From Tubiluchus corallicola (Eukaryota; Animalia; Priapulida): a DNA stretch of 64,000 nucleotides. Both the position numbers and the translations under genes were made by a program. The notes below the pieces were generated by a model. The model worked only from the letters and a program-made list of their open reading frames with translations. It was not told the origin of the DNA and made no database searches. Of the stretch, positions 59,001 through 64,000 are shown piece after piece (positions within the stretch are counted from its first letter, which is position 1; each line of letters starts with the position of its first letter). The stretch lies in NCBI GenBank assembly GCA_030141605.1, contig JAQGDQ010000152.1:310001-374000 (forward strand). Reading direction: 5' to 3'.

Positions 59001-62000
59001 TAAATAATAAACAAAACACACCAGTTTATGTGTCTGGATATAAGTTTGCCACTCTTATTGCTTAAAATGCTTACGTTTGCCAGAACTGTTTACATTTCCC
59101 TTGTGGCGTTTATAGTAGAAAAGAAAAACTATAAAAAACTATAAGACATTCGGAAGACAGCGGTCTTCACCATGTGTCAACAACGACGGAACTACTTACC
59201 TTTATAATGACACGCTGGTCAGTTTGTTCTTCCAGTATGTTATTTGTAGGGAAGGCGTCCACTTGCTGTTTGATGGCCTGGGCAATGGCCGGCACGAAGT
59301 TGATCGGGTTTAGGTCAAGGTCATCGCACATAACTTCCGCAAACTGCTCGGGCGATATCAAACACTCTGGAAATGTTAAAAGTCGATAAGTCGGCCGCGA
59401 TCTAAGAGATTAATATCACAATTTACCCCAAAACACACATTTGCCATAAAACTAGCTCATAATCACAGATGTGTATGACTAAAAACCAATGTTAGGTTCC
59501 TCCATCAGCCTTTCCTGTAACACCTCACTGTTGTTAGGTACCATAAAGCACGAGTAACAGGTCGTTTTTGAAGCTTGACCAATGGCAACTCAAAGCAAGG
59601 GAATATAGTAAAAAACTGAACATAAGAACTGAAAATAAAAAAAGACAGATTGGCAATGCATGCTAAATCCAACCTACGCAGCCCAGTCTTATAAGCCTGT
59701 GCTGGTTGACAACTGAACCAATTTAAAATCTTTAGACAAACCGGAGAAATCACGATAAGCGCACTCACGTTTGGTGTCAGTTATTCCACAAAATATATCA
59801 ATGTTAGGTAAATGCCGAACTACAGGAAATTGTCAAACAAAATGCGGCAAAAAAAACTAAATTATTTCACTCACGGACAGGTGAAAAATATCAAGATTTT
59901 GTGTCAAAGATTAAATGTTGTTATTATCACACGACCAAAATGCTGAGAGTTAATGGTAATGTCAACTCTCATACAAATTTGATGTCAAATTCTGCTTTTT
60001 TAATTGCACTGCAACAAATTTATAAAATTAGGCTGTGATACACACTAGACGTTAACTCTCGCAGTATATTTCACGCATTCTTTCTACGTCTGTTTGTGAG
60101 TAGCTTTTCTTAAGACAGCAGCCGACAAAATGAGAAGACAAAAGGAAACCTGATTGCAATTTGCGAGGTGGAACCACAGCTGGTTTATTGACACTTGCCG
60201 ATCTGTATATTCAAACAACTAATTTGCCATTAACAGAAAGCAGCTATTACTGTTCTTTTACTGAACCAAACGGAGATTCAAAGAAACAATTTTCTGATGG
60301 AAAATTCCACGATGATACATAAGAAGCCCAGGGGAAGAAAACTGAAAAGCAGGCTCCTATGTTTAGGAATGTCTGGGCTAAGTCGTAGAGGTCTATTCAT
60401 ATAACTGATGAACAGGTATTCTGACATCAACTGAACTTGAGCCAATGCTCCAAGTCTAGTTGTCTCAGCAGGTCATTCAGATGGTGGAGTTAAATTCTTG
60501 TAAAAATATTTCTCAGTCAACACAGATGCTTTTGAGTACATTAAAACTGGCCGTGTGTTCCGTTGTCTAATTATAAGAACAAGCTCGACTAGTGAGGATG
60601 AACATACACTATGAAGAATTTTTGGCTTTCGAATTCGAACTGAAACTGAATTCGGTATGAAAGAGAATCAGGAATACAAAATAGCAATTAAATTTTCCCT
60701 GACTTTGTTCTACAATAAGAACTAGGACGATTTGTTAAAAAATTGCACGCAGAACGAGATCACAGTTAAATTGTGTTCTGCGATCTACAGAGCTCGCAAA
60801 AAGACATCGTTTGTCATGCTAGTTTGTTGTTTTCCCTACCATTCCTATTCCAGCAAAATGTGTCCCGCAATTTTTGTCCGTCAATCTCCATATCCAGGCG
60901 GATCGGCACCAAGTGCTCCGGTTGTGCTGCGGCCTCGTGAATTGTGGATGGATCTTGGTCATCAAAACTATAAAGTTGCAAAATAACAGAGACAAATTAG
61001 ACTTGCACTTCTGCCGTGACACAAAATACGTTGTGATGAAAATACTTAAAGAAAAACTGGATCCAATCTTAAACTGTAGGTCAGAACAAATTAGTCTATA
61101 AAATGTTGAAAGAAAACACATTTTTTTAAAAAATGACTTGCGTGAGAGAATTATTACCACACAAATGCAATTTCATGTTCAAGTTCTTCGCTGTTTCATG
61201 CATTTCGCCATTCGCCAGTTAGATAGGCACTAGCGCCTGCATTTCGGAAAGCGCTGCACAAAATGGTGCTGTACCTTTCAGTTCAGATATGTTAGTTTCT
61301 GACGAACTACACACGTTCGACAGCTCATGTGTGAGCGCAGCAATAAATTTGAAATTTGAATTTTTATCTTAAAACTTGCTTAGTTTTAGTACAACACACT
61401 GAATATCTTACAGTAGTACTGTACTTCAATTTTCGCTTTCGCCAACATGTGTGGCACGCTCATGGAATATTGTTGCAGTTGAAAACTATGTTAGTTTGTG
61501 ATGTCATCAGTAGCTGGGCTCGCCCGGAAACTAACTAATTAAGTTTTTAATATATTATTCAATTATCAGAAACGGTTCGGCAATATCACAGACATTAAAA
61601 TGTATACTTTTTACCGTACGTGAAAATAGAGCAGTATATGAAAAATCATCTGTCTTCCTTTAAGCAAATTTTATACATTATAAGAGTCTTTACATTATAA
61701 ATTGAAGAATTAATGCAATAATTAACTTACATTTAGCGCTTAGATTTTTCATAATAAATAAACAAAGAAAAAATGTGAGAAGAATGGGATAGATGTGAAC
61801 TTATGGACAAGTTAAAGTATTAAAAAACTGGCAACTGGAATAGTCATAATAACATTTTGCTAGCTTAGTGGTTTAAACAGTTCATTTAAAGCTTCCGTGC
61901 TCAAATCCAGGGTTCTCATTCATTTCCGTCAAGACACTCTAATTAATAAATGCAATTCCAATCCAGCAACAAACTTTTCAATTCATTTATTACCACAGAG

Positions 62001-62128
62001 GGAATGTGCGGAGTTTCTTGAATCCACATCTGTTCCGGTTTATGGGCGTGGCACATGGAACCGCATCCAGGTGATGTGAACTGTTCGGCATCGTGGGAAC
62101 CCACGTCGTTCTTTTCTGTTTTGGCTCT
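53009..62128 (-). CDS. SMARCB1: SWI/SNF (BAF) subunit SNF5/INI1, spliced, 5'-partial
   Basis: Exons 61994-62128 ([17 protein letters not shown]), 60840-60967 (FDDQDP...[17 protein letters not shown]), 59200-59366 ([16 protein letters not shown]...DQRVIIK), 57990-58180 ([20 protein letters not shown]...[24 protein letters not shown]), 53782-53913 ([20 protein letters not shown]), 53009-53051 ([16 protein letters not shown]). No further exon was recognised between 62129 and 64000. Confidence 0.97.
55690..56376 (+). mobile_element. Dispersed TTAA-ended (Kolobok-like) element, copy A in a SMARCB1 intron
   Basis: About 400 bp homologous to 61185-61658; both end ...CTTCCT|TTAA. Confidence 0.65.
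58232..58938 (+). mobile_element. Non-autonomous Helitron-like element, copy 2
   Basis: Shares CACCATTT..GATxTATACATCAAACGAAA..TTTATTTTTCGAATTGGGCC..GGAAGGGGGG with copy 1; small hairpin GCAAA-TT-TTTGC before the CTAG|T end. Confidence 0.55.
61180..61659 (+). mobile_element. Dispersed TTAA-ended (Kolobok-like) element, copy B in a SMARCB1 intron
   Basis: Shares CATTCGCxAGTTAGAxAGGCACTAGC, TTCGACAGCTCATGTGTGAGC and TAGTACAACACACTGAAT with copy A; ends CTGTCTTCCT|TTAA. Confidence 0.65.
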
Positions 62129-62962
62129 CTAGAGTGACATTGTTAACAGGAAACAATTACTAAAACAATGCAAAAGATAACATAATGCTTGGTTCCAGAA
62201 TGCGAAGCATTGACTCACTCGCTTGCCAAAGGTGCAACTTGGGTACTTGTAAAATGCACAAATGCCTAGAACACCATTTATCATTGCCATGGATCTGTTT
62301 CTTTCGTAAAAATTTAGAACATTGAGTAATCTTATTGTCGCACCATAATATTAAAAACTGCTAAAAATTTCTTACATGATGGACAATGAGAACGGAAGTG
62401 AAAACCAACATCACGATGAAAGAGATCTCTTTACAGAATTACTTCGCAAGAAGTAACCCGGAAAAAGATGACATTTTTGGCAAAAAGAGAATTTACTTTG
62501 CAATTTTTAACAAATAACGAAGCAAAGGAAACAAAGACACGATTAGAATTTCGTGCTGTCAACAATTCAATTAAATCTACAGAAATATATAAACCAGAAT
62601 CCAACAACACTGACAACATTTTTATGAATTGCTAATGTACACCTACTCATTAATAGTTCACACTAACTTCCCGGCACAGTTAACTTTTGTTAAACTATGA
62701 AACACAATGTTAACAATCTCAGATAGCAAATAGATTGAGTAGCCTGGTTCTACAAAGACAAGCAAGTTTACCAGCTATTACCTGTACAGCTGATAAACAC
62801 CTGAATCAGAAACATGCAAGATAACACAGAAAAGCAAAACAAAGAAATAAGAAAGGCTGATCATGATTTTCAGTGACTAAAGCTAAGTGCCCGAATGAGA
62901 AGAGTAACCATCATGCACTAAATCGTAAAACTACTATGTCAGAAAATTGGCAGACTACCCTA

Positions 62963-63378
62963 TAGATATGCACAAACCCATAAAGACACCATGGACTTGC
63001 TTTAAATAAGGTTTTTTGCTACGCTTTCAAATTTGCATCAAAAAAGCCAAAATTAGCTCCCTTGTAGATGTGCAGTAATATGTACAAACCCATAAAGACA
63101 CCATGGACTTGCTTTAAATAAGATTTTTTGCTACGTTTCCAAATTTGCACCATAAAAGCCAAAATCAGCTCCCTCGTAGATGTGCAGTAATATGCACAGA
63201 CACTATGGACTGGTTCTAAATAAAGTTTTTTGCTACGTTTCCAAATTTCCACCAACATGAGCCAAAATTAGCTCCCTTGTAGATGTGGAGTAATATGCAT
63301 AGACAGTATGAAATTGTTTTAAATATAGTTTTTTGCTACGTTTTCAAATTTGCACCAACACAAGCCAAAATTAGCTCT
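62963..63378. repeat. Degenerate minisatellite, about 100-116-bp unit, 4 copies
   Basis: Recurrent TTTTTTGCTACGTTTCCAAATTTGCACC...AAGCCAAAATTAGCTCCCTTGTAGATGTG. Confidence 0.9.
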
Positions 63379-64000
63379 TAAAAAGCTTTTTCCTAAAAAA
63401 TTTAGCAGCATAGCTCATCTAAAACTGAGCAAATGTAAACCACTGTAATGACATGAAGACTTGTTTGTTTCACCCATGGCAATTACACCAGAAAAAAATC
63501 AATAATTTTGCACTAAATTAAGTTAGGTTGTAGGCACAATCAAACTCGTCCTATATATCGTTACATTCAGGTTGACAACCAGCAAAAACTGATACACAAC
63601 CCTACTAACCTTTTTAAATAATTTAATCAATTACTTTTCTCTCTTGGATCAACGCAGTCCATTAAGTGAATTCGAATACATTAGGAAAATTATTGATTCA
63701 TTCAAATTAATATCAGACTTGAATCCAGGTATCCATTAACTTCAATTGTAATTTGACCAGTTAAAGCGCAAGAAAACCCTCCACTTACATAAAGCTTTAA
63801 AAAATCGTCTCGAAAGTTTATACCGCCGTAACGCTGTATGAAACGTGTAAATTTAAACTCCCGTGATGACCGTTAGGCACAGCCATTTTAATGGTAGGTC
63901 ATTTGAAACAAGTTTTGATAACATTGTGTGAAATTTGAAAAAATAATCAGAGCATTCATAGCATGTTGCGAATTAACTAAAATTTTAAATTATCGTATCT

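Overview
AT-rich, intron-rich animal genomic DNA (invertebrate-looking; the taxon is not determinable from sequence alone). Five conserved spliced protein-coding genes were reconstructed exon by exon: MTO1 (minus, 3' end runs off the window start), RABGEF1/Rabex-5 (plus, complete), SPRING1/C12orf49 (minus, complete), RNFT2-like RING-TM ligase (plus, complete) and SMARCB1/SNF5 (minus, 5' end off the window end). They form two head-to-head pairs and two tail-to-tail junctions. Introns are packed with non-autonomous DNA transposons (hAT/Buster, Tc1-mariner/pogo, Kolobok-like, piggyBac-like, Helitron-like), L2- and RTE-clade LINE remnants, and micro/minisatellites. Most interesting: (1) the SPRING1-RNFT2 divergent pair matches the human chr12 arrangement; (2) MTO1 has a two-ATG 5' architecture (overlapping uORF, or an isoform without the presequence); (3) a 60-bp intronic array has one frame open for 304 codons and built-in AP-1 hairpins; (4) a GC-rich bipartite RTE-derived retroelement sits in a TA microsatellite. 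No prokaryotic, CRISPR, rRNA or intact tRNA features were seen. Almost all ORFs in the supplied track are spurious or are exon fragments.
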